64,000 bases of DNA from Alphaproteobacteria bacterium (GCA_965237415.1 CBDEFM010000001.1:608001-672000), one strand, 5' to 3'. Shown: positions 19,668 through 29,355, counted from the first letter of the stretch. Made by a program: numbers and translations. The notes: generated by a model from the letters alone, not told the origin.

Positions 19668-20810
19668 ATGTGCGACCATGACCTCGAAGCGAGGCGCGCG
19701 CGCGACCTCGAGCGCTTCCACCGGCGCACCGCAGAACGCCGCGCCAAGGGCCTGTGCCTGAAGTGCGGCAAGCAGCCGCCCGCGGCCGGGCGCACCATGT
19801 GCGGCGCTTGCGCGGCGAAAAAGCGCCCCGCCGACCGCGAACGCTTCCATAGGCGCACCGCCGCGCGCATCGCCCAGGGCCTGTGCCCGAAGTGCGGGAA
19901 GCAGCCGCCCGCGTCCGGACTCATCCACTGCGAGCCCTGCACGGAGAAACGCAACCGGGCGAGCCGCGCCCGCGACGCCAGGCTCAGGGCCGCCGGCAAG
20001 CCGCGCCGTAACCTGGAGAAAGCGCGGGCGTACAACAAGAAGCACTCCCGGGAGACGGACGCCGAGCGCCGCGCCCGGGGGCTCTGCCCCAAATGCGGGA
20101 AAGAACCCCCGGCGCCGGGCCGGAGCATCTGCGCACCCTGCGGCGAGCAGCGCCGCGCCGACGCGCGTGCGCGTTACGCCGAGGCGAAGGCGGCGGGCAA
20201 GCTCTACGGCGGCCGCAACCCGGAGAGCCGGCGCCGGCTCGCGCGCGAGAAGAGCCGCAGGCGCATGCTCGCGCGCCTCGATGCGGGCCTGTGCACCTAT
20301 TGCGGCAGGCGGCCCCCGGTCGAGGACGGCGCGACCTGCGAGCCGTGCCGCGAGGCGCGCCAGGCGGCCGAGCGCCGGATTTACGCCGAACGCCGGGCCA
20401 GGGGTCTCTGCACCCGCTGCGGCGTGCCGACCTTCGATGGGGTCTCGCGCTGCGCCGTTTGCGCCGTGCGGGAGTCCGAACGACAGGACCGGAAGAACGC
20501 CGCCAACCGCCGGCGCTATGCCGAACGGCGCGCGCAGGGCCTGTGCACCACGTGCGGCCAGCCCTCGGTGGGGGCAGCGGAGTGTCCTCCGTGCGCGAAG
20601 CGTTCGTACGAGCGCTCGGATTACCACCGCGGCATGCCGGTCTATCCCCCGAGCTACACCGTCATCGAATTGGCGACGGGGACCGACCACGGGACGTATG
20701 ACAGCGAGGCCGACGTGTCGTTGTGCCTCGCGTTTGCGCGCCTGTCCCGCGACCAGGTGGAGGTGATTGCCGACGCCCCCGAGGTGATGCGGTTCGCCGC
20801 CTGGGAATGA
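19668..20810 (+). CDS. Arg-rich protein with six tandem GLCxxCG-x(7-10)-CxxC zinc-finger-like repeats
   Basis: GGAGGA RBS before ATG 19668. Repeats: GLCLKCG..CGAC, GLCPKCG..CEPC, GLCPKCG..CAPC, GLCTYCG..CEPC, GLCTRCG..CAVC, GLCTTCG..CPPC. Confidence 0.85.
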   Translation: MCDHDLEARRARDLERFHRRTAERRAKGLCLKCGKQPPAAGRTMCGACAAKKRPADRERFHRRTAARIAQGLCPKCGKQPPASGLIHCEPCTEKRNRASRARDARLRAAGKPRRNLEKARAYNKKHSRETDAERRARGLCPKCGKEPPAPGRSICAPCGEQRRADARARYAEAKAAGKLYGGRNPESRRRLAREKSRRRMLARLDAGLCTYCGRRPPVEDGATCEPCREARQAAERRIYAERRARGLCTRCGVPTFDGVSRCAVCAVRESERQDRKNAANRRRYAERRAQGLCTTCGQPSVGAAECPPCAKRSYERSDYHRGMPVYPPSYTVIELATGTDHGTYDSEADVSLCLAFARLSRDQVEVIADAPEVMRFAAWE

Positions 20811-20949
20811 GCGGTCGCCCCACGCCGGCCGCATCGCCGTCCCGTCCATCGAGCCAGAGAGAAGCGAGCGCCGGGCGAACGCCCGGTGGAAGAGAGGGAG
20901 ACGGTCTCCTTCGCTGCCGGGCGCGGCAACCGCACAGGAGTCCTCAGCC

Positions 20950-21105
20950 ATGTTCGATTTCAGTTCCGACTACGACCCCGTTACCCCAGCCACCGGCGAA
21001 CTCATCGCGGAATTGGGCCTGGACGAACGTACCGTCCGCGACGCCCTGGCCGAAGACCGCGCCCGCCGCTGCCCGGACCGCGAGGCGCCGACGGCCGAGA
21101 GGTAG
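20950..21105 (+). CDS. Small acidic hypothetical protein (51 aa; not in the ORF track)
   Basis: AGGAG RBS; MFDFSSDYDPVTPATGELIAELGLDERTVRDALAEDRARRCPDREAPTAER*. Confidence 0.6.
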   Translation: MFDFSSDYDPVTPATGELIAELGLDERTVRDALAEDRARRCPDREAPTAER

Positions 21106-21208
21106 AGAGGGGCTTTAGAGAAGATGAACGGGAAGGGGCCGGTGAGAGAAGCCGGTCCCGACCGTTCGCGAACCCATCGTCATCATCCAGACCTGAAGGA
21201 GCATCGTC

Positions 21209-21676
21209 ATGAGCTTCGGAATCAATCGCGTGGAACTCATCGGCCGCCTCGGCGCGGACGTCACCGTCAACCATCTCGCATCGGGGGGCCGCGTGGCCAA
21301 TCTCAGCATTGCGACCGACGAGAGCTATATCGAAAAAAACTCGGGCAACAAGGTCGACAAGACCGAATGGCACCGCATCGTGACCTTCCAGGACGGCCTC
21401 ATCGACATGCTGGAGCGCCACGCGAAGAAGGGCCGCCTGGTCCACGCCGAGGGCAAGCTCCAGACCCGGCGCTGGTCGAAGCCCGGCGAGGACTCCGACC
21501 GCTTCTCGACCGAGATTCTGGTCGTCCCCGGTCACAGGGTCCAGTTTCTCGACAAGCCGAACGGCAACGGGGCGGCGGCCCAGCCGGAGCAAGCGCCCGC
21601 GAACGGTTCGGCGATGCCGGCCGGCGGCGCCCCGGCGCAGGTCGACGACCTGGGGTCGGACGAAATTCCGTTCTGA
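21209..21676 (+). CDS. ssb: Single-stranded DNA-binding protein
   Basis: NRVELIGRLGAD, TEWHRIV, EGKLQTRRW, acidic tail DEIPF. Confidence 0.95.
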   Translation: MSFGINRVELIGRLGADVTVNHLASGGRVANLSIATDESYIEKNSGNKVDKTEWHRIVTFQDGLIDMLERHAKKGRLVHAEGKLQTRRWSKPGEDSDRFSTEILVVPGHRVQFLDKPNGNGAAAQPEQAPANGSAMPAGGAPAQVDDLGSDEIPF

Positions 21677-21707
21677 GGAGCCCTTTCTTCCATCCTCCCT
21701 CCCGACT

Positions 21708-21738
21708 GGACCGGCGCTTCGGCGTCGGTCCTTTTTTT
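21708..21738 (+). terminator. Intrinsic terminator after ssb
   Basis: GGACCGGCGC-TTCG-GCGTCGGTCC followed by T7. Confidence 0.85.
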
Positions 21739-21911
21739 GCTGCCGGATTCGAGTCCGCTGCCGTCCGGGCCTCGCGCCCGCGCTTCGCGCGGCTCGCGTC
21801 GCCCTCCGGCGCCGGCGAGAGGCCGGGCCGGCCGGTATCGGGGCGTCCCCCGCCGAGCCAGAGGAGCTCCATCATGCCGACATTGTGTTTCGCATCCGCC
21901 CGAGCGGCGTC

Positions 21912-22949
21912 GTGAACGCCGCCGCCGTCGCCGCCGCGCTGGGCGCGCGCGCCGAGGCCGTGTGCCGGGCGTATCTACCCCACGGCAGGAAGCAGGGCCG
22001 CTACTGGGTCGCGGGCGACCTCGACGGCGCCCGTGGCCGCTCGCTCTACGTCCGCCTCGCCGGCCCCGGCACGCCGGGGAAGTGGACCGACGCGGCACAA
22101 GGGACGCACGGCGACCTGCTCGACCTCATCCGCCACCGCTCGTGCGCGCCGACGCTGCGCGCGGCGCTCGACGAGGCCCGCGCCTTCCTCGCCCTGCCGG
22201 CTGCGCCGGCCGCGGGCGAGGGCGACAGCTACGACGCGACGGAAGCGGCACGCCGCCTGTGGCGGCGCTGCCGCACCATCGACGGCACGCACGCGGAGCG
22301 CTACCTCCATGCCCGGTGTCTCGCGCGCTGCCGCTTCGCGGCGCTGCGCTACCACCCCGAGCTTCGCTACCGCGAAGGCTCGACGGTGGGCCGCCTGCCG
22401 GCGCTGGTCGCCGCCGTGACCGGCGACGACGGCGCCGTCACCGGCGTGCAGCGCACCTGGCTCGACCCCTGCTCGCCCGCCAAGGCGGGCATCGCGACGC
22501 CGAGGAAGGCGCTCGGGCGGGTCTACGGACGCGCCGTGCGCTTCGGCACCGTCCCCGCCGACGGCCTCGCTTCGCTCGTCGTCGGCGAGGGCATCGAGAC
22601 CGTGCTATCCGTCGTCACCGCCATGCCGGACATCACCGCGGCGGCGGCGCTGTCCGCCGGGAGCCTCGGCGCTTTCGCGCCTCCGCCCGGCGTCGCGCGC
22701 TTGGTCATCGCACACGACAACGACATTGAAGGCGAGCAGGCGGCGATGCGCCTCGCCCGGCGCTGCGCGCGGGCGGGCGTCGCCACCATCGTCGTCGTCC
22801 CCGAGGGTGGGGACTTCAATGACGATTTGGTCACGCACGGTCCTGCCGCGCTCGCCGCGCGGCTCGGCCCGCTCCTCCGCTTCGCGGGAGCCCACGACCG
22901 GCGCGCGCTACCCCCGAGCGAGACAAGCGGGAAGCGATGCGGCGGGTGA
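21912..22949 (+). CDS. Plasmid-type TOPRIM (primase-like) domain protein
   Basis: GKWTDAA.G..GDLLDLI, GVQRTWL, VGEGIET, IAHDND..G, GDFNDDL. Confidence 0.88.
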   Translation: MNAAAVAAALGARAEAVCRAYLPHGRKQGRYWVAGDLDGARGRSLYVRLAGPGTPGKWTDAAQGTHGDLLDLIRHRSCAPTLRAALDEARAFLALPAAPAAGEGDSYDATEAARRLWRRCRTIDGTHAERYLHARCLARCRFAALRYHPELRYREGSTVGRLPALVAAVTGDDGAVTGVQRTWLDPCSPAKAGIATPRKALGRVYGRAVRFGTVPADGLASLVVGEGIETVLSVVTAMPDITAAAALSAGSLGAFAPPPGVARLVIAHDNDIEGEQAAMRLARRCARAGVATIVVVPEGGDFNDDLVTHGPAALAARLGPLLRFAGAHDRRALPPSETSGKRCGG

Positions 22950-23006
22950 ACGCCGTTGAAGGCGAGAGAGAGTCCCGACGACACCATCATGCAAGGAGAC
23001 ACGACC

Positions 23007-23237
23007 ATGGGTTCTATCCGCTTCAAACGAATCTCGCCCGAGGAGTCCCGCATTTACACAGCCGACGGTGAGCATGTCGGCGACGTCTACGTCCACGACG
23101 ACATCCTCAATCCCGGTGCGCGGGTCTTCCTGATCTCCCTCGACGAAGATCCGCGCGGCTGGGTCCGCGTCAACGACCGCTCCCAAATCCGCGACATCAC
23201 CGAACAGCGGCTCCGCACTCATCCCTTGTTCACCTGA
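23007..23237 (+). CDS. Small hypothetical protein (leading region)
   Basis: AAGGAG RBS, biased codon usage. Confidence 0.65.
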   Translation: MGSIRFKRISPEESRIYTADGEHVGDVYVHDDILNPGARVFLISLDEDPRGWVRVNDRSQIRDITEQRLRTHPLFT

Positions 23238-23264
23238 GGGCGGGATGCTTCGCACAGAAGGGGT

Positions 23265-23378
23265 TGGGCACGTCGCTTCGCGACCGGGCTACCCTGCCGA
23301 GCCCGCTGCGCGGTCTCGTCCCTGCGGGCGGGTATCCCTCGTGCCTCCGCTCGCGAGCTCGCTGCGCGCTCCGCTTAC
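23265..23378 (+). repeat. About 115-bp structured direct repeat, copy 1
   Basis: GTCGCTTCGCGACCGGGCTACCCTGCCGAGCCCGCTGCGCGGTCTCG...GGGCGGGTATCCCTCG is shared with 25031-25146. Confidence 0.9.
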
Positions 23379-23728
23379 CAAAGAAAAAAGCGGGGGTGGT
23401 GGGGTTCCTAACAATTACTCCTCCCGACATCTTCGCATTGTCCCACACGTGCTCACTGCGCCAACCCGCTAACGCGGGTCCTCCACTCCGCTGCGCTCCG
23501 TTCCGGCCGGGACTCGCAATGAAACGGCGCTGCGCGCCTAGGCCCGATGGTGCGCGCGACCGTGGCTCAGTCGCTTCGCTCCCTGCGCCCGCACCACTCG
23601 CGCACACCACCGCGCCATTCATTCCGGCCCCGGTGGCTCCGCTGCGCGCGCGTGAATCAATACGAACACGTCGGGAGGGTCCGGCGCACAGGGCCAGATG
23701 GCTCATCACTTCCTTTCAGGAGAGCATC

Positions 23729-24649
23729 ATGCACATCATCGACAACATCGAGCACAGCGAACAGTCCGTGACGGCGACCGTCTGCGAGAACGCCCAGCTC
23801 TTCGGCGCGAAGCCCGAGCGCGGCGAGTTCGACCCCCGCGAAGTCTGGGACGAAGACGACGCCACATGCGCGGTGAGCGAAGCGTTCCGCATCCTCGCCG
23901 AAGGGGTCGGGCCGGACGGGTTCCAGATGGCCGACGAACGCGAGAGCCTCCTCTGGGGGTTCGTGAACACCTTCGACGCTCAGGTCCGCAGACTCGACCG
24001 CAGCGTCGACCGCCTCAGCCCCGAGCTGCGCGACCTCCAGAGCTCCCAGGACGGCTCCGAAATCAAGTCCCGCGAGCTCGAGCTGGTCACCGACCGCGCC
24101 CAGAACCTCGGCGACCGGCGCGACGCCTTCGAGAAGATGCGCGACGCAGTGGCCGACGCCTACCGCGCAGAGACCGGCGACACCTGGCGACCGCGACGCG
24201 GCTCCAACGTCTCGCAGACCGGACACCTCACCTCGGCGGCCATCGACGCCCGCGACTTCATGCGCGCGAGGAAGGACCGCGAGACCAGGGCGCACCTGCC
24301 CGAGGGAACGCTGGTCGCCATCGCGGGCGGCAAGCAGGTCACCGACGCGAACGCCGTCATCGACCGCCTCGACAAGGCCAAGGCGAAGTACGCGGACATC
24401 ATCCTCGTGCACGGCGGCGGCCCCGGCGTCGAGCGCATCGCGGCGCAGTGGGCAGAGCGGAACGGCGTCCACCAGGTGGTCTGCAAGCCGGACTGGAACG
24501 CACACGGACGGGCCGCTCCGTTCCGGCGCAACGACGAGCTGCTGAACCTCCTCCCGAAGGGCGTCATCGCCTTCCCCGGCTCCGGCATCACCGACAACCT
24601 GGTCGACAAGGCCGTGAAGCTCGGCATCCCGGTCATGCGGGCCGCATAG
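23729..24649 (+). CDS. DUF2493 (SLOG/YspA-like) domain protein
   Basis: AGGAG RBS; VAIAGGK, LVHGGGPGVERIAAQWA, PDW..HGRAAPFRRNDELL, VIAFPGSGIT. Confidence 0.85.
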   Translation: MHIIDNIEHSEQSVTATVCENAQLFGAKPERGEFDPREVWDEDDATCAVSEAFRILAEGVGPDGFQMADERESLLWGFVNTFDAQVRRLDRSVDRLSPELRDLQSSQDGSEIKSRELELVTDRAQNLGDRRDAFEKMRDAVADAYRAETGDTWRPRRGSNVSQTGHLTSAAIDARDFMRARKDRETRAHLPEGTLVAIAGGKQVTDANAVIDRLDKAKAKYADIILVHGGGPGVERIAAQWAERNGVHQVVCKPDWNAHGRAAPFRRNDELLNLLPKGVIAFPGSGITDNLVDKAVKLGIPVMRAA

Positions 24650-24662
24650 CCGCACCGCCTCG

Positions 24663-24701
24663 AAGGGCCGCGTCGCTTCGGCGGCGTGGCCCTTTCTTTT
24701 T
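24663..24701 (+). terminator. Intrinsic terminator
   Basis: AAGGGCCGCGTCGC-TTCG-GCGGCGTGGCCCTT followed by a T-rich tail. Confidence 0.8.
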
Positions 24702-25030
24702 GGTCGTCACCACGAGCCCCGCCACCACCGCCTTCGCTTCGCGCGTCGCCTGCGGCGCCGCGCTACGCGGCGGCTACGCCGCTCTTCCCCGCCATCGTCT
24801 CGCGCACTTGCCGAGTCAGCAACGCCAGCACGTGCGTCTTCACGATGTTGCACCGCTCAGCGACAATGAACGCTCGCCGCTGCTGTCGTCGACCCCGACG
24901 ATGTTGCTCACGCTGCCGATGTTAGTGACGGTGAGTAAGACTGCGATGGTGCAGTCGGCGATGGTGACGATGTTGTTGGCGATGACGGTTCAGAAGATGG
25001 TGATCGAGGCGGGTGTCCATACGACAAGGC

Positions 25031-25146
25031 TGGGCGCGTCGCTTCGCGACCGGGCTACCCTGCCGAGCCCGCTGCGCGGTCTCGACCCTTCGGGCGGGTA
25101 TCCCTCGCGCCTCCGCGCGCTTCGCGCGCTGCGCACTCCGTTTGCC
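25031..25146 (+). repeat. About 115-bp structured direct repeat, copy 2
   Basis: Near-identical to 23265-23378. Confidence 0.9.
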
Positions 25147-25589
25147 CGGCGGCTCGCTGCGCTCCCCGCCGAGTGCCGGGCCGACACGGTCGTGGTCACG
25201 TTCGACGGCATCGGCAACGTCACCGCCGTGTCCTCTTCGCGACGGCGCTACGCGCCGCGCTCGTCGCGGAACTCGCTTCGCTCGCCCTGGCTGGCTACGC
25301 CGGCTGCGGGCTTCGCCTCGGCTCGTCGCCGTCGCACTCCGTGCGTCGCCGGTGCCGGCTTCGCCGTGCACCGCGCTGCGCTCCGCGCCGGGCAGTCGTG
25401 CCCGCACAAGTGCGGACACTTCCGCCAGCGCTTCCGCCGCCGTGCTCCGCACGACCCCGTGCAGTACCCTCGGCGCTTCCGCCCGCTCAAACGCCGCGGC
25501 GGCTCCGACCCGCCGGCTTCGCCGGCGTCGATTCCCCCATCGCTCATACCGCAGATTTGGCCGTTCCGTACCGCCGGGGCGGCCTTGGA

Positions 25590-25860
25590 TTCCACACCCG
25601 ACGCATCGATGATGCAGGCTGCGGCATAGTCGATCATGGCTGCGATAGACTGCGCTCCATCATGATCGCGCGCACGGGAGCGCGCGTTTGACATGCCGGA
25701 AAAAGTTGCCACCGATCGGTGGCACGAAGTCCATGCAAAAAACGGAAAAACACCACGACAAATCAAGGCTTTGAGAGGCTTGCCACCGATCGGCGTCACA
25801 GCGTACTACGGCAGTTCTCTGGAGCTTTCCTGCGCGCCTCCATTCGGTGGCACCGCCAAT
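25590..25860 (-). other. Putative MOBF origin of transfer (oriT); nic predicted between 25594 and 25593 on the minus strand
   Basis: Minus strand reads GCATC-ATC-GATGC-GTCGGGTGT^GG, compared with F nic TGCGTGGGGTGT^GG and R388 GCACC-GAAA-GGTGC-GTATTGTCT^. Adjacent palindromes and an RHH gene. Confidence 0.7.
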
Positions 25861-26025
25861 TGCGCCATGCGACGACACCGCCCTGTCGCCAACCATCGAA
25901 CCTGGCATCGGTTCAGCCAACATGAGGGCATCCGTATGGGTTGAAAGGCGCCGAATTCGCGCATAATTTTGGAGCAAAGAGCCTCCGTTCCTGGAACAAA
26001 TTGAGACGAAAGGCGGCTGAAACCC

Positions 26026-26394
26026 ATGGCAGATTCCACAGAAAAGAGCGTGAAAAAGAACATCCGCGTGAGCCCGGAGCAATGGCAACGGATCGAAAGC
26101 GCCGCCGCGGGGACCGCCCTGACCGCCAACCAGCTCCTGATGGAGCTAGCGATCGAGGCGCTGAACCGTCGCGAACGACCGCAGACCGTGGCGGAAATCC
26201 GCGTCGCGCGGGCCTCGCTGTTCACCGCACAGGCCATCGCGCGCGATCTAATCGCGGCCGGGCGAGAGAAGGAAGTCGAGGAAATACGCGGCTTCATCTC
26301 GACAATCGTGCCCGACGTGACGCCGCACGCACCAGACCCGGATCAGGCCGGCGGTCCGTCAGGCTCAAGGGGCGACGAGACTTCGCAGCGCTAG
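26026..26394 (+). CDS. Ribbon-helix-helix relaxosome accessory protein (TrwA/MobC-like)
   Basis: KKNIRVSPEQWQRIESAA..TANQLLMELAIEAL (beta strand plus two helices); next to the predicted oriT. Confidence 0.65.
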   Translation: MADSTEKSVKKNIRVSPEQWQRIESAAAGTALTANQLLMELAIEALNRRERPQTVAEIRVARASLFTAQAIARDLIAAGREKEVEEIRGFISTIVPDVTPHAPDPDQAGGPSGSRGDETSQR

Positions 26395-26567
26395 CACATG
26401 TCCGCCGCAGCGATCCGGCGTATCCACTCGCCGATGCTGAGTTCGGAATCCGGTCGACGAACCGCACTGCTTGCGCACCGTCGGTCGCCCAGAAACCCGC
26501 GAACGCTGTGGACCAGCCACCATACCGGCATCAACCCAATTGTCATTGACCCAACCTGGAGAGGCCG

Positions 26568-27923
26568 ATGCGTTTTCTGACTGGAACCGACATTCAGCGC
26601 GAGGTCGTGAAAATCATGAGCCGGACCGGTGAGGTCATGGCGGCAGTCGCGTATTGGGGTGACGGCGCGTCGGAACGCACCGGGATCACGAGGAAAAAGC
26701 ATCGCAACAAGGCCCGGGTCATCTGCGATCTCCTCAGCGGAGCGTGCAACCCGGCCGAAGTCGAGAAACTGATGAAGCTCGGCGTTCAGGTCAAGACTTT
26801 GGACCGCCTCCACGCCAAGGTCTGGATCGCCGGTGACGACGTCATTCTGGGTTCTGCAAATGCGTCGAAGAACGGTCTTCCCGATACAGACCAGGACACG
26901 CCGAGAGCGAATGTCGAAGCCGCCATCCTGTCCAGAGACCGAAGCCTTTCTCAAGAAATGCAAGGATGGTTCGAGACCCGATGGCAAGCATCCACCGCCA
27001 TCGACAAGGAGATTCTGGACCGAGCCAGGGCAGCGTGGGAACACCGCAACAGGTTCAGCGGCCGCGCCTTCACCACCACACTCATGCACAAGTTCTGGAA
27101 TCCCCAACCTCCGGACAAGTTTTCAGGTCTCCGTCTCGTCGCGTACCAGGAAAAAGACTGGAGCAAGGACGCTAAGCGATTCCTCGGAGAAAAAGCGAGG
27201 CTTCACTATTCCGACGAAGAGTTGGCGGAACTGAACGGCGACGCCCCTTTCTACGAATGGCCGCGTCCCCATCCCCGCTGGAACCCCGGCGCGGGAACAG
27301 TGCTGATGGATTTCAGTTGCAAGAGGAAACGCGGACGTTTCATCTCCAACGGTTTTTGGTCCGTGCGCGACTGCCCGCCCGTCACGCTGGCGAATTCCAG
27401 ACTGACCCTCTTGACGAAACTGCCGCATTTCAATGGCTATTCGATTTCCGCCAAGGAAAAAACCGAGATCGCCGAGGCTATCAAGCGTTTCGTCGCAAGC
27501 CGTGATTTTCGTGTCGATAACTTCGACTTCCACATCGATATGGATTTCCTCGAATTCTGTCGATCGGAATCCACACTGCTGAAACGGCGGCTGGTCGAAC
27601 AGGCCGTCGAAACGGCGAAGGATCTGTGCCGGGCCGGCCGGTTCGACCGCGCACTCACGCTCAATACAATCAGGCACTGCATGGAAGACCGGACATGGCT
27701 GAACGACTACGCAGAGTATGTCGGTGGCTCCATTTACGAACGCGGCAACCCCCGGAAGAAGGGCATCAACCTTGAGCTCGGACGACGTATTCGCGCCGGT
27801 ATCGGCGCAACGATCCAGACCGACGACAACGGAAAACGGGCCAAGGTGACCGTGGCAGGCGAAATTATTCAAAGCTATACGCCACTGACGGGCTACCGTG
27901 CTGCGGCTGTCATCGCACGCTAG
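26568..27923 (+). CDS. PLD-family (single HxK) nuclease-domain protein with an unknown C-terminal region
   Basis: AVAYWG, LHAKVWI, ILGSANASKNGL, N.EA: restriction-endonuclease-type PLD domain. Confidence 0.8.
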   Translation: MRFLTGTDIQREVVKIMSRTGEVMAAVAYWGDGASERTGITRKKHRNKARVICDLLSGACNPAEVEKLMKLGVQVKTLDRLHAKVWIAGDDVILGSANASKNGLPDTDQDTPRANVEAAILSRDRSLSQEMQGWFETRWQASTAIDKEILDRARAAWEHRNRFSGRAFTTTLMHKFWNPQPPDKFSGLRLVAYQEKDWSKDAKRFLGEKARLHYSDEELAELNGDAPFYEWPRPHPRWNPGAGTVLMDFSCKRKRGRFISNGFWSVRDCPPVTLANSRLTLLTKLPHFNGYSISAKEKTEIAEAIKRFVASRDFRVDNFDFHIDMDFLEFCRSESTLLKRRLVEQAVETAKDLCRAGRFDRALTLNTIRHCMEDRTWLNDYAEYVGGSIYERGNPRKKGINLELGRRIRAGIGATIQTDDNGKRAKVTVAGEIIQSYTPLTGYRAAAVIAR

Positions 27924-28100
27924 CGGCCAGGTCCAGCCAGAGCGCCGCACGGCCGGTCCCCAGATCCAGCCGTTACACCTGCTTTCCGCAGCGTCTGAGC
28001 GGCAAGCATGACGCGACTCAGCAAGCCATACGCGACCGGCCTCAAAACCTTCCGCTGCGATTTCCGCACCACGCAGCGTTCCTCATCCGTCTCTCGACCG

Positions 28101-29072
28101 TCAGCGGAAATACGGACCGGCTACCCCTTCCACAAACGTCCGGTACGCTTCACGGAGCGCCGTGCTGGCGGCAAGGACCTTCGTGCCTTGCTCAACAATA
28201 TCGGATGCCGCGTCCATACGCTCTGCCGCAACGCGTATTCTCAGCTCCCGGAGCTGTGAGTTCTCGGCAACGAATCGATCCAGAGTTTGCCGTATGCCTT
28301 GCGCACCCGCAGGCCCCAAATCTTCAACCAGCTGATGGTCCTTGGTCGAATTTATGAATTCCTCCAGGTTGGTCGGACCGGACGTCCCGTACCTTGAGGC
28401 ATGATGGAAGAAAAACGTCTCGACATGTCGGCGAAACTCCAGATGTCGTTCGTACGTTGATAGTGAGCCACGCCGCATGTAAGGCCATGCTTCATTTACG
28501 CTTTTCTGATACGCTCGCCAGACCGGATCTTCGTGGACAGGATGACCCATAATTCCACCTGACTCGTGGTCCGGTAAATCCAGCCAAAACATGGGCGGGC
28601 TCAATTTCCTCAACGCTTCAGACAGGTCCTTCACCGCGGTGTCCTCGGGACCGGATCCCGTTTCCTGACTGCTCGCGCGTTCCAGCTTCCTGTTGATATC
28701 TTCCACTTCCAATACCCATCCCTGGTGATCGTGGAATTTCGTGGCGAACAAGGCGATGTGTCCATAGTCCCGCAGCCTTTCGTCGCCAAGCCTCCACACC
28801 GCCGCCAGCGTGACCTTCTGCGCGATTTCCGCGTTTCGTTTCAGTTCCTCCTCGGTTGCAGTCGCTTTTGAACGAAGCTCATCCAGGAGCCTGTCGCCCA
28901 ACGTGGTCCCAAAGATTGTGTAGCAGGTCACAAGAGCTATCGCGAACGTCGACCACGCTTGAATAACTTCCGTCCATCGTCTCTTTCGAAGCCAAGACCA
29001 AGTGTTCGCCAGCCGCCTTCTTGACGTCCTGTCCGTCGCTCTTGTCTCTTCCGTTTCTTCTTTCTGATCCAA
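28101..29072 (-). CDS. Hypothetical protein with one N-terminal TM helix and a coiled coil
   Basis: Long ORF in lower-GC DNA; hydrophobic segment AWSTFAIALVTCYTIFG. Confidence 0.6.
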   Translation of the reverse strand: MDQKEETEETRATDRTSRRRLANTWSWLRKRRWTEVIQAWSTFAIALVTCYTIFGTTLGDRLLDELRSKATATEEELKRNAEIAQKVTLAAVWRLGDERLRDYGHIALFATKFHDHQGWVLEVEDINRKLERASSQETGSGPEDTAVKDLSEALRKLSPPMFWLDLPDHESGGIMGHPVHEDPVWRAYQKSVNEAWPYMRRGSLSTYERHLEFRRHVETFFFHHASRYGTSGPTNLEEFINSTKDHQLVEDLGPAGAQGIRQTLDRFVAENSQLRELRIRVAAERMDAASDIVEQGTKVLAASTALREAYRTFVEGVAGPYFR

Positions 29073-29355
29073 TGTCCGACACCCTTGCTAACTGACTTCG
29101 GTTTGCCTCCCACTTACGGGGCGGCTCCCAGCCCATCGGCGGAGTTCTTCCAAGACTGCCAGATTCCCGACATTCCTTTCGCAGCTACCGATCGTCTCGG
29201 GGGGACTGCTTGCTCCCGTGCCCCCCGCATGGTGAAGCGCCCGAACGATATTGCGTCACGCTTACCTGGCACTTTCGAAGCATACTTCTGTCCGGTCATG
29301 CCGAAAGCTACCTTTTGCGCAGTCGAGCAACGCTCCGGACTCGTTCGGGCCGTCC

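Noticed and set aside
24922-25020. His/Arg-rich mini-ORF MDTRLDHHLLNRHRQQHRHHRRLHHRSLTHRH on the minus strand
   Set aside because: No RBS; explained by low-complexity GAT/GGT-rich sequence that may be a decayed gene in another frame.
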